The notes: generated by a model from the sequence alone, not told the origin. 64,000 nt of DNA from Malacoraja senta (GCA_038087875.1 CM075996.1:4776001-4840000); one strand, 5' to 3'; shown: positions 52,624 through 64,000, counted from the stretch's first letter. A program made the numbers and translations.

Positions 52624-52955
52624 GGTAGACAAAAATGCTGGAGAAACTCAGCGGGTGAGGCAGCATCTATGGAACGAAGGAATAGGTGACGTTTCGGGTC
52701 GAGACCCTTCTTCAGACTGATGTGGAGGTGGTTGGGGGGGCGGCGGGAAGAGGAAAGGAAGAGGCGGAGACAGTAGGCTGTGGGAGAGCTGGGAAGGGGA
52801 GGGGAAGGATGGAGAAAGCAAGGACTACCTGAAATTGGAGAAGTCAATGTTCATACCGCCGGGGTGTAAACTGCCCAAGTGAAATATGAGGTGCTGCTCC
52901 TCCAATTTGCGGTGGGACTCACTCTGGCCATGGAGGAGGCCCAGGACAGAAAGTT
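52624..52955 (-). mobile_element. Penelope-like 3' fragment with terminal repeat
   Basis: LSVLGLLHGQSESHRKLEEQHLIFHLGSLHPGGMNIDFSNFR* followed by the terminal repeat. Confidence 0.85.
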
Positions 52956-54264
52956 CTAAAGAGAGACTTAAAGAAGAGCAGGGATTTTTCCCCAATAATT
53001 GAAAATGAAAAAATGTATACAGGGTGAATACTGAAAATCTGAAATACAAACAGGAATGCAGAAGCACTTTGCATCTGATGCTACCTGACCTGTTGAGCGT
53101 TTATACCATTTTTTACTTTTAGCTGTCCCTGATTTCCTGACCAACATTTATAAAATCTAAATATCAGACTGTTTAGCTCACTGCTCCTTGTTGGATTTCA
53201 TTACATGAAAATCTGCTGCTGTGTTTCCTGATCATAACAGTGATCGTACGAAATAAAATAACTCTGTTGCCTTTGGGGTGCTCTGAGCTTGTGCCATAGT
53301 AAGTAAGTAAGTAAGTAAATTTTATTTATATGGCACGTTTAAATCAACTCGCGTTGAAACCAAAGTGCTTTACATAGAAGAAATAATTAATGTTCCGTAC
53401 ATCCATAGAAAAAAATTAAAAAATATAAAAATGACACAACACATTATAGAATTCAACATGAACGTCTCTCCACAGCAGAATCATAGAAATACAGGCATCT
53501 TCTTTCCATACTGATCTGCTCTCAAAACAATAAAATACCTTCGAAAACTAAATTTCATGATGTGGCTCACAAGATAATAATCACAAATTTAAAATTCTGA
53601 TATTTTTCATAGACTTGCCCTTGTGCAAGAATGCATCAAATGAAAAGTAGGAGAAGCTGTTCTGTTTATGCACAAATGCAAAATGAATTCATACTACCTT
53701 TCTGTTCACTGGTTTTGCATAGGAACAAAACATGTCTTTATTTGTGTACTCTGATGTATACATTACAGCAAAAGAATGTTTAATATTTATGTAAAAATTC
53801 TGGTTAACTGTGGTGGAATTATACTGAAAGGAATTCTTTGCTCAGTATTAATGCGGAGCTGATGTGTATCTCACAATGACTTGCATGTCAGCAACTCTGT
53901 AATCATGACTAATTATAGATGGGCACCTACCACAGTAGAGGAGTCTTTAACCTTAGCTGGAAACACTGTACTCATCTGGAGTAACACCAACAGCAAGTGT
54001 AGTTATGAAAGGACAATGGTTGCAAGTACCTCTTTGTTGAAATAACCTAATGCTAGATACAATTGTAAATGGCAAATTGCCCACTGTTTCAGCAAGGGAA
54101 ATGTGGGTTTAGAAATTACTGGGAAGTAGCAGCCACCATTGGTTACAATACAGAGCTAGTAATCCAAATGCCTGGACTAATGATTCAGAGATGTCTTTCC
54201 AGTTTCCAAGATGTCCTCCCAGATAATTATATTTACTTATATTTGGGAACAATTATATTTACTT

Positions 54265-54775
54265 ATATTTGGGAACTGCTCTGCCCAGCACAAGAAGGCT
54301 CTGCAGAGAGTAGTGAGTTCGGCCGAAACGCACTATGGGAACTACACTCGCCCCCCCTGCAGGAACTATACATCAGAAGGTGCAACTCCTGAGCCAACAA
54401 GATCATGGGAGACCCCTACCACCCCAGCTATGGACTGTTCCAGCTGCTACGGTCAGGCAAACGCCTCCGTTGCCATGCTGTGAAAACAGAGAGGATGAGG
54501 AGTTTCTTCCCAGAGGCCATTAGGACTGTAAACTCCTATCTCACCAGGGACTAACTTTACTGAACCATTCTACTGTTGTGTGGTGTCTTTTTTAAATTGC
54601 TGTTTTTTCTTGTTTTTTCCGCCCACAAATATGTAATATGTGAATATGTGATTCTGTTCCATTCTGTTTTGTAGTTTTGTTTTGTTTTTGCACAATCCGC
54701 GAGCATTGCCACTTTTCATTTCACTGCACATCTCGTATGTGTATGAGACGAATAAACTTGATTAGACTTGACTTA
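54265..54775 (+). mobile_element. Rex/Babar-type LINE 3' end
   Basis: FGNCSAQHKKALQRVV...DPYHP...LRSGKRLR codons across frames; AATAAA and (CTTGA)n tail. Confidence 0.75.
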
Positions 54776-55555
54776 ATTTAATTATTGTATATTTTAACAA
54801 TGAAGAACAAGGATTTTTAATCTGCGATTGTCCTTTGAGAAAGTGAAGCTTCTGGTCCAATATGTGACTCTAGAAACACAATAATATGTTTACTCTTGAC
54901 TGTCCTTTGAAGCAACATAATTGACACTTCATAATTGTTCCTAACTCAGTTGACCTAACAAAATCTCCTCATAAACAACTGGGGACAGATTTCTAAACTG
55001 GGAAAACGATACCACAGATTAGTCGAGCAGAAGCTTGATATAAAAGCAGGAAACACTCATCAAATCAGGCAACCTCTGTGGAGAGAGTTAAATTTCAGCT
55101 TTGACAGGTCTGGGAAATGTTCGCTTTAAAGGGAAAAAAAGACACAAAGTGCAGAAGAACATCAGCAGAACGGGCAGCATTTCTGGAGAATGTGGATAGG
55201 TGAAGTTTTGGGTCAAGACTCTTCTTCTCAAATCTGAAGAAGAGTCCTGACACGAAACGTTACCAATCTATGTTCTCCACAGATGTTGCCTGACTCACTG
55301 AGGTACTCCAGTTTCTTTTTTTTATATAACCAGTGTAGATTGGTTATTGCATGTGAACCAATCATAGTAGAGTAGCATCATTAACCCCACCTTACTGTAT
55401 ACTTTATATTAACACCCACTTCCTACATTAAGTAGTCTTGGAAGCGGTAATGATGAACTAAAAACCTGCCGTACCGCTATACTATGTGTTACAATGAAAG
55501 ATGACAAACTTTAGACCTGTGTTATATCAATCATTTACAACCAGCGTTAACAATT

Positions 55556-55843
55556 GGAGGAAATGCACCTCATATTCCGCTTGGGCTGTCTACATCCTGG
55601 GGGCTTGAACATTGAATTCTCCCAATTCTGCTAGCCCTTGCTGTCCCCTCCCCTTCATCAGCCCTCTGGTTGTCTCCTCCCCTCCCCCAGCCCTCGGGCT
55701 CCTCCTCCGCCTTTTTCCTTTTTTCCTTTCTTCTCCCCACCCCCTATCAGTCTGAAGAAGGGTTTCGGCCCGAAACGTTGCCTATTTCCTTCGCTCCATA
55801 GATGCTGCTGCACCCGCTGAGTTTCTCCAGCATTTTTCTGTGT
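55556..55843 (+). mobile_element. Penelope-like 3' fragment/terminal repeat
   Basis: 16-bp TSD ACCAGCGTTAACAATT (55540-55555 and 55844-55859). Confidence 0.88.
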
Positions 55844-56730
55844 ACCAGCGTTAACAATTCCTTGTGACTCGAGGTTAACTTTAAGTTGCAGAGACAGTGG
55901 AGAAGTGATGAATAGGGCAAATAGAACATCTCTGATAGGGTGGGGCCTGATTGCCGCAGATTGTCTCACCAAATTATCTCATCAAGTTTTTCCCCAAATG
56001 GGCACAGGGAAAATGTTCAAACACCACAAGGTATTGCCAGAGGTCAGGATCATACCTGGGTGGCTGGAGGCCTGCAGAGGCAGCACTAACCATTGTGCCA
56101 GCTCCTTACTGAGCAATCTAGTCACGTTCATGATTCATTATTCCTCAATAGCCCTGCAAAGTATTTTCCCTCAAGTGCTTATTCAATTCTCGTTTGAAAA
56201 TCCTAATTCACTCTGTAATCAGAACTCTGAGGCAATGAGTTCAGGTCATTACCAGTCTTCATTTTAAAAGAAGTATTCATTTCACACTCTCCCTGCATTT
56301 TTTACCATTCACTTCAAATTTGAGTTCTTTAGTCTTTAAACCATGCTGCAATGGGAATAATGTCACTCTGAACATCAACATAAACGTGTTGTGCTAATTT
56401 GCAGCTGTATGAAATCTCAACTAAACCTCTTTGCTCCAAAGAAAATGATCCCAGCTTCTGACACCTGATCTCGCAGCTGAAATTCCTGAACATTAGAAAT
56501 GCTGTACATGGCAGTGAGGACCTAAATTCATCTCTGAGGAAGGAGAATTTCTTTCAACAAGCAAAACAGTTATTACCAAAACAGTCTGCTTGAGCACCCG
56601 ATGATCCATTTAACTTGGCAAATCTCTCAGTTAAAATCATTGCCTGGACTCACTACTGGGGACTCAGAGCAATACAAGTAGGACATAACCCACACCTGAC
56701 CATGAAAGAACAAGCATAAGTTGAGGAATG

Positions 56731-56862
56731 GTGCACAAAAATGCTGGAGAAACTCAGCGGGTGAAAATTCCTTCGCTCCATAGTTGCTGCTGCACCCGCT
56801 GAGTTTCTCCAGCATTTATGTGTACCTTCGATTTTCCAGCATCTGCAGTTCCTTCTTAAACA
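56731..56862. mobile_element. Inverted Penelope terminal-repeat insertion
   Basis: 15-bp TSD ATAAGTTGAGGAATG (56716-56730 and 56863-56877). Confidence 0.85.
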
Positions 56863-57550
56863 ATAAGTTGAGGAATGTCCAGTATCTTTATTGACCAGTT
56901 TAAATCCTTCCTCTCTTTGTTACTAGCAAGGCAAATGATGTTTACAATAGTTGGAACTGGGATAGAGGGAATAGAGGGCTGCAACAACTAGCAAGCAGAA
57001 TTAAGTGCAATAATATTCCTGCTGTTAAACTCCATAGACCTAATTAGAAAGCCCATGATCCCATTAGCTTTTCTAACCGCTTAACAATTCTTGGCATTTT
57101 TAAAGAAAAATCATGTACAAATACATTAAGTTACATTTTTAAAACCACATTATCAGTCTACAATGTTTTCCTCAACTATTTTTTTAAAACAAAATTTCAC
57201 TCTTAATCTTTTTGTGCTAAATTTCATCTGCAACTTCTCTGCCCATTCTGGTATCTGTTTATCTCCTCGCTATTACCTGCACTTTGTTTGGTGTCCTCGG
57301 GGAATTTAGAAATTTACCTATGCACATCAAATTCAAATCATTAATATATATCAAAAATATGTTCCAGTATTAAACCCAAGGAAATATGTCTGTACTATCC
57401 ACCATTAGAAAAACAACATGCTTTCTGTCCATTAGAGATTTCTTTATATCACGTTGCCATTAAACCTGTGAGTTCTTGAGTTTCAATGTTGTTAATCAGC
57501 CTTTAGCATAGGAGAGAAAGAGGAGAGTATGAGAAAAGGGAGAGGCATAT

Positions 57551-57815
57551 GAGATATGAGAAAAACACTTTTCACACAGAGAGTGGTGAATCTGTGGAAT
57601 TCTCTGCCACAGAAGGTAGTTGAGGCCAGTTCATTGGCTATATTTAAAAGGGAGTTAGATGTGGCCCTTGTGGCTAAAGGGATCAGGGGGTATGGAGAGA
57701 AGGCAGGAACGGGATACTGAGTTGGATGATCAGCCATGATCATATTGATTGGCGGTGCAGGCTCGAAGGGCCGAATGGCCTACTCCTGCACCTATTTTCT
57801 ATGTTTCTATGTTTT
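57551..57815 (+). mobile_element. CR1/HER1-like LINE 3' end
   Basis: FTQRVVNLWNSLP codons and a (TTTCTATG)n tail. Confidence 0.88.
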
Positions 57816-57938
57816 TATGAAAGGGGGCCTTGAGAGAAAGAAAAGGCAACACAAACATCTAATATTTATTCACATTCTTTTTTTTCCTGTGTAAATATTT
57901 GAGAAATATATATTTTTAATTCCTCCCTTCCCAGGTGA

Positions 57939-58130
57939 ATGCTGAATAAAATGACACAGCCAATCAGGGAACCTCTGCAGAGGAGGAAGTCACTGGGACC
58001 GATGTCCCCAAACGCTGCAAAACGACTCTACCGCAACCTGTCCTTCAGATTAAAGGGCAGTCCCAGCTCAGAGGAGGGCTGCCTCATCAAGAAAATCGAG
58101 AGGGAAAGAAGCAAGAAATCTTCATCCATG
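57939..58130 (+). CDS. ANKFN1: ANKFN1/wide-awake family gene (possibly the ANKFN1-like paralog), first coding exon seen; exon begins at 57935
   Basis: Polypyrimidine tract and CAG acceptor at 57932-57934; GTATGA donor at 58131 (phase 0). Translation MLNKMTQPIREPLQRRKSLGPMSPNAAKRLYRNLSFRLKGS matches the ANKFN1 N-terminal motif as I recall it (MTQ...SPNAAKRLYRNLSEKLKGS). Confidence 0.9.
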
Positions 58131-58213
58131 GTATGAGCGCATTTCTTGAATTGGACCATCGATTAATTATTTATATGGTGCAAGTCAGAAAAGTAATTCT
58201 GAGAGTAAATATG

Positions 58214-58537
58214 GTTTAGCTTAGTTTAGAGATGCAGCATGGAAACAGGCCTTTTGGCTCACCGAGTCCACACTGACCATCGATCACCTGTTCACACTAG
58301 TTTTATGTTATCCCAATTTCTCACCCACTCCTTGCACACTAGGGGCATTTTACAGAGGTTGATTAACCTACAAACCCACCGTCCTTAGGATGCGGGAGGA
58401 AACCAGAGCACCTGGAGGAAACCCACGCTGTCACAGGGAAATTGTGTAAACTCCACTCGGAGAGTAGCCGAGGTTAAGATTGAACCCGGGGGTCTGGTGC
58501 TGTGAGGCAGTGAGTCCATTAGCTGCGCCACTGTGCT
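58214..58537 (-). mobile_element. V-SINE in an ANKFN1-family intron
   Basis: Reverse complement of the SINE head, V-domain and tail. Confidence 0.78.
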
Positions 58538-59363
58538 AGTTGTTGGTTTGTTGCCAAATGACTTTGCCTTTACCATCACTGATTCTTCCTGTAAATCAGG
58601 ATGTCAAATGGATTAGTTGCTCAACTAATCCATTTGAGGACTATGAGGCTCAACAAGCTACGTTTATCCTCTGTGCTAGTCAGTATATGAATAGCCATGG
58701 TCTCCAATATCTTTGGATTCGTGATCTTTGCAAAATCTCAAACCAATAAAGTGACAAAGATGCCAAACCAAGGAACTGGACATAACGTAGTCTGTATCAT
58801 GTTGACCTACTTTGTATCCTGCACTTCAGCACCCTTGCTCAGAATATTTCATTAACCAAGGTTTCAGCTTGTCAATGCTGCATATACATCAGTTCACATC
58901 AGATACGAAGGTGCTGAAAACTGCGCTTTGCAATAACCCCAAAATATATAATTACCCTGTAATTTCCAGTATTACACGACTTCGCTGTTGAACTCACGCA
59001 GCACAGTAGCAGCCTATGCGGTAAAATAGTACAAAACTATGACTCATGTATGTATGAGTAAAATATCCCTGCAGTGTGAGTCATAGTTAGTACATGGTGA
59101 AGGAATCTGCAACAGTGTCAATCAGGCGACCCGTTTTACTAGAATGCGATCTCTCATTGCTGTTACTATAGAAACTAATCATAGCCAGAGTTTCCTGCTT
59201 CTTCCCATGTGACATCTCCATGTGAATTGGATGTTGACACGAATTGGGCAAATAAAAATAGACATGGAGTCATACAGCATGGAAACAGGCCCTCAGCCCA
59301 ACTCATCTGTGTCAAGCCTGATGCCCATCTACACTAGTCCCATTTGGCTGCATTTGACTCATA

Positions 59364-59477
59364 TCACATGCTTATTAAAACTCTGTGTGTGTGTGTGATG
59401 CCGCAGCTCCCCCCCCCCCCCCCCCCCCGCCACCGCGCGTTGAGGGGACGGGACCCAACGGGTCCCCCTTGGTCTAG
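59364..59477 (+). mobile_element. Mini Helitron-like element (114 bp)
   Basis: A|TC...TATTAAAACTCTGTGTG shared with the 14204-19760 units; hairpin GGGACCC-AAC-GGGTCCC (59450-59466); CTAG|T end; no TSD. Confidence 0.75.
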
Positions 59478-59951
59478 TCTCTAATAAAAACAAAGTTAGC
59501 AGAATGGTGGTAAGAACATTTCTAGGTCTACGGCCACTAGTGATGGTGAGAAGGGAATTTTGTGGGTCAATAACCATCAGTAAATTTTCAGATGGATCTC
59601 TATAAATCAGCATCTATTGGCTACATTAAAAGAAAATCTTTGGGACTGTGGTGATTCGTTGAAATCTCAATGGGTGAGTACTTTCACCATTAATTTAGGT
59701 GGGAGCTCTGTGAAATTGTGAAACCGTACCTGCCAGCAATTCTTCACTGTGCCATGTTCATTAACAATGACAATGATGGCTCAGTGACACTGGGTGAGTT
59801 GTTTCTCAATGATAATCCTTCAGAAGGAACCTGAAATATAGAGCAGATCTCAGTGTCAGTGACAGGCCTCTGTGATTAGGACCCAGTTAGTGCATTGCAG
59901 GAAGCACCAGAAATCTGTCAATGCACCAACATCAGTTTGGGTTCAGAAGAT

Positions 59952-60158
59952 TGTTTAAGAAGGAACTGCAGATGCTGGAAAATTAAAGGTAGACAAAAGT
60001 GCTGGAGAAACTCAGCGGGTGAGGCAGCATCTATGGAGCGAAGGAAATAGGCAACGTTTCGGGCCCTGAAGAAGGGTTTCGGCCCGAAACCTTGCCTATT
60101 CCCTTGGCTCCATAGATGCTGCCTCACCCGCTGAGTTTCTCCAGCACGTTTGTCTACC
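59952..60158. mobile_element. Inverted Penelope terminal-repeat insertion, intronic
   Basis: 15-bp TSD TTGGGTTCAGAAGAT (59937-59951 and 60159-60173); two oppositely oriented arms. Confidence 0.85.
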
Positions 60159-60259
60159 TTGGGTTCAGAAGATATGTTTTTAGGGTCTGATGTATATTAA
60201 AATACATATTTTAATGTATTTTTGTAGAGTTTAATATATTTACTTTTGCTAATTTCTAG

Positions 60260-60464
60260 AACATTCAGTATGATTCAGTCTTTGACGCCGTGGAACACGA
60301 TGACCTTGATGCAGTCCAGCGGATACTTGAACGACCTGGCATACTTGGCAACCTCAATGAGGCTACGAGCAATGGCCTGGTACCTCTAGATATTGCTGTC
60401 CTGACTAATAACATCTCAATGGCGAGCCTCTTAATAAATGCTGGAGCCAGGGATAACCATCATT
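60260..60464 (+). CDS. ANKFN1: ANKFN1-family exon encoding the ankyrin repeats
   Basis: TAG acceptor 60257-60259; GTGAGT donor at 60465 (phase 0 in, phase 1 out). NIQYDSVFDAVEHDDLDAVQRIL...NGLVPLDIAVLTNNISMASLLINAGARDNHH resembles ANKFN1 FEAVEQQDMDAVQILL...GLTPLDIAIMTNNVPIARILLRTGARE. Confidence 0.92.
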
Positions 60465-60559
60465 GTGAGTGATCAAAACTAGGGAGAGGGATAATCAATG
60501 TTAAGGTCATTGTTAACCTTCAAAGCCAGGAGTCACCGGTTTGCCTGTTTTCGGAGTTG

Positions 60560-60870
60560 AATTGGGCCATTCAGCCCATTGAGTCTACTCCGTCATTCAA
60601 TCATGGCTGATCTCTGCCTACTAATCCCATTTTCCTGCCTTCTCCCCATAACCCTTGACACCCGTTCTAATCAATAATTTGTCTATCTCTGCCTTAAAAA
60701 TATCCACTGACTTAGCCTCCACAGCCTTTTGTGGCAATGCGTTCCACAGATTAACCGTCTGACTAAAGAAGTTCCTCACCTCCTTTCTAAAAGAGCGCCC
60801 TTTAATTCTATGACCTCTGGTACTAGACTCTCCCACCAGTAAAAACATCCTTTCCACATCCATTCTATCA
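60560..60870 (-). mobile_element. CR1/HER1-like LINE 3' fragment
   Basis: ORF 60621..60863 contains GESSTRGH.IKGRSFRKEVRNFFSQ..NLWNALPQKAVEA. Confidence 0.85.
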
Positions 60871-62017
60871 TTCTTGTAAACCTCTCCAGAGCCAGCACAC
60901 CCTTCCTCAAATTTGCTTACAGTACACTGACTTCATGAGAAATATGATGGCTGCTATTGTAGAATTGTGAGACAAAACAAGAACTGGGTCACCTCCATGC
61001 CTATTCTCTATTCATCGCGAAACGAGGAACTGCAGCTTCTGGTTTCCAAAAAAAGACACAAAGTGCTGGAGCAGGTCAGGCAGCATCCCAGGAGAACAGA
61101 CTGAAGAAGTGTACCAACCCGATACAGCACCTTTCAGAGATGCTGCCTGATCTGCTGAGTTATTCCAGCACTTTGTGTCTATTTTTCTCCATTCGTGTAG
61201 TTATTCAAATATGATCAGTGAACACCATCTATCCCTTCTATCCCCAATGCCTGGCAATCACGCACAGGGCTGGACCTTTGTGTGAAGGCATTGTGTGCTG
61301 AAGAGGTTTTGCGATGATGCACTTCCTTGTCTCTTTACTCCTCACATAGGAGTCAAGTCTGTGCCTGTCTTGGCTAATTTTATAATATTGGATATCTAAC
61401 ATTTCAAAGAACGTGTGACAGAGAGTGTGTTTCTTTGAAATGCACAATGTTTTATTGTGCTTATCCATGTTGGGGACCCATTTTATTTAATTTATTTGTT
61501 CACCATTGATGTGGCTGTAGTAAGTAATGATTGGGCTTATTGCCCTGGGGAATGGAATACAGATCAGAAGCAAAAAAGTGGGCGAGTTCCTGCAACAGAA
61601 AGATAACACTTCCAAATGAGCTTGCACCAAAGATCAGAATTTGAAATGTGGCAATGTCAGCACTTATCATCCATTTCTTAGTCTCCCTGACTCAGGAGGA
61701 CAGTTAAGAAAGTTTTCTGGAGTCACTTGCACAGAAACCAGCAAAGATAGTAGATTTCCGTGCAAGAAGAATATTGGTGAACCAGCTAAACTTGTGGAAC
61801 AATCCAGTAGTTTTTGTGACTGCTGTTACCAAGATGTTCCAAGAACTCTGGCTATAAGTGCACTGACTTAACGCACTGGGCCTCCATTCCCCAATCGAAT
61901 GGAAGCGGTATAAAGTCTAGTTGAAAATCTCCGTGTCATTCTCCTCACCATTCTGTGTGTTCTGTCTTTTTCTCTTAAACTCTGTATATACTCTATGTTG
62001 TTATATTGTCCATCCAG

Positions 62018-62206
62018 TCAATGAGGCCAGCTGGTCTACACATCTGACAACAATAGTGAGCCATGCAGGGCAAAAGATTTCCGAACTGACAGTACTCAGG
62101 AACGAAGAATCAGAGGCTGATTTCCACAACAAAACCAGAGCACTTCGGACTTGGAGATTTCGATACAAGCTGTATAAGCAAATGAAAGCTGCTTTTGACA
62201 ATGCAT
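62018..62206 (+). CDS. ANKFN1: ANKFN1-family exon (helical linker between ankyrin and FN3 domains)
   Basis: CAG acceptor 62015-62017; GTAAGT donor at 62207; 189 nt, phase 1/1. Encodes ...STHLTTIVSHAGQKISEL...LRTWRFRYKLYKQMKAAFDNA, similar to ANKFN1 LKAWEWRYRLYRRMKTGFEHA. Confidence 0.92.
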
Positions 62207-63233
62207 GTAAGTGCCAATATCTTTACCTGGAATCACTCTTCTTTTTTTTCACTTCAATGCCCTTGCATTCTTCAAGAGATATGTATCGAGGATACCTGAC
62301 ATTGTTGCATTTCTTCCTGCGCTGAATGTTCTACCCTCTTCCCTCTTTTAAATGACCGATCAACACTCCTACCCTTTCCGAAGTTAAAATCCTTCTGACA
62401 CACACAGGATCATCACAGCTTGTGCTTGATAGGGATACGGTCAAAATTAAACCGTGGAAGAAATAATTGAACGAATGAGCGATCAATGGAGCAGTTCCTT
62501 CGGGAGATAGTGAAGAAGTTCACATTGATTCCTCTCGGGCAAATTGGATAGAGTTCTCTGAGAAAATAACATGTTTGGCTACAATCTGACACATGGTGTG
62601 TGGCAAGTGCAATGTGCTGAGAGGAACAGACTCTGGGCTTCTAGTTCCTAATTGCTGCCTCCCCATGTTTTTTTTTTTCTCTCATTGGGAATAGATCTGA
62701 TGTGGACTAATTGATAAAGCAAGATCGATCACCTGGATTAGTCACCAACACAATTCTCATTTTATTACCCGGTTACCAGGACGGTGGTTGGTGAACCTAT
62801 CACCTTTTGCTCCTTTGTTCCCATGTACCAGTAGAAAATTCCTTTTGACTTCACTTTGTTCACTGCGCAATCAATATCCCTTAAAGGATCCATAGATTCT
62901 CACAAATATTTACTATCCCCTTCATAGTTTTGTAGCATCATTAAATAGGATGCTTACACAAATCTTTCATGCATGCAATGCTAAAAGTGATGTTCAACAA
63001 TAACACCAGCATTTTCTCCCAAATGCTGTGAGAATGTGCATTCCTAACCCTGGTTATTACCATCCTACTTCAATCCATTATCTGCAATTGCAGTTTCCAT
63101 TCTTATGTTGTATGCGCACTGAAAGAAACTGCCATAGAGCACCCTAATCAGCGAGACATTATGTTGACAGTCCTGGCTCATTCAATTCAATGATGATGAG
63201 AGGGTGACATGAGTTAATCCTGTTTCTCTACAG

Positions 63234-63347
63234 ATGTTCCTGATTCTCCAGAGAATGTGCGTTTGTTGGTAACTGGTAGCAAATCTCTTCAAGTGACATT
63301 TGAAGAACCACGAAAGACAGACAGCTTGATGATCACGCGATACAAAG
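63234..63347 (+). CDS. ANKFN1: ANKFN1-family exon, start of the fibronectin type III domain; the gene continues beyond the window
   Basis: CAG acceptor 63231-63233; GTAGGT donor at 63348; 114 nt, phase 1/1. VPDSPENVRLLVTGSKSLQVTFEEPRKTDSLMITRYK resembles ANKFN1 APEMPTNVCLMVTSSTSLTVSFQEP...VTRYK. Too short to appear in the ORF track. Confidence 0.9.
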
Positions 63348-63502
63348 GTAGGTTAAAACAGGTTATTTACTGTTGTCATTGCAATTATGTGTTTGCAGAA
63401 CTTTAAAAAATATCTTAATGTTGCTTAATGCAGCAAAAAGCTGATTAATACAGAAAGGAAGGTAACATATTTCATTATGATATTGAATAGATAATAGTAT
63501 CA

Positions 63503-64000
63503 ATAGACAATAGAAAATAGGTGCAGGAGTAGGCCATTCGGCCCTTTGAGCCAGCACCACCATTCAATGTGATCATGGCTGATCATCCCCAATCAGTACC
63601 CCATTCCTGCCTTCTCCCCATATCCCCTGACTCCGCTATTTTTAAGAGCCCTATCTAGCTCTCTCTTGAAAGCATCCAGAAAACCTGCCTCCACTGCCCT
63701 CTGAGGCAGAGAATTCCACAGACTCACCACTCTCTGTGAGAAAAAGTGTTTCCTTGTCTCCGTTCTAAATGGCTTACTCCTTATTCTTAAACTGTGTGGG
63801 CCCTGGTTCTGGACTCCCCCAACATCGGGAACATGTTTCCTGCCTCTAGCGTGTCCAAGCCCTTAACAATCTTATATGTTTCAATGACATCTCCTCTCAT
63901 CCTTCTAAACTCCAGAGTGTACAAGCCCAGCTGCTCCATTCTCTCAGCATACGACAGTCCCGCCATCCCGGGAATTAACCTTGTAAACCTACGCTGCACT
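63503..64000 (-). mobile_element. CR1/HER1-like LINE 3' part (continues beyond the window)
   Basis: QRRFTRLIPGMAGLSYAERMEQLGLYTLEFRRMRGD and a (CTATTGT)n tail. Confidence 0.9.

Noticed and set aside
54222..54277. 28-bp tandem duplication, and similar short repeats at about 6951-6985 and 45327-45367
   Set aside because: Ordinary slippage or insertion-junction duplications with no further structure.
61921..62325. 134-aa ORF as a standalone gene
   Set aside because: Only 62018-62206 is exon; the rest is intron read-through.

Overview
Repeat-rich vertebrate genomic DNA. The repeat families (HE1-like V-SINEs, HER1-like CR1 LINEs, Penelope-like elements, Deu-domain SINEs) suggest a cartilaginous fish, probably a skate or ray; this is inference. 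The only supportable host gene is the 5' coding part of an ANKFN1/wide-awake-family gene on the + strand: four exons (57935-58130, 60260-60464, 62018-62206, 63234-63347) with GT-AG introns in compatible phases, continuing beyond the window. The rest is non-coding and full of mobile DNA. It includes a head-to-tail array of three non-autonomous Helitron-like units (14204-19760) plus a 114-bp mini-copy, a young 5'-truncated CR1 with an intact RT frame, L1, L2, Rex/Babar, Vingi-like and RTE-like fragments, a Harbinger-type MITE, and many Penelope termini carrying minimal hammerhead-ribozyme motifs (one as a 62-bp tandem trimer). Several local templated-duplication scars allow a relative chronology of insertions. 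I found no convincing novel multi-gene system. The most unusual signals are the Helitron array, the tandem hammerhead motifs and the templated insertions. Family names come from motif recognition only, and coordinates of degraded repeats are approximate.
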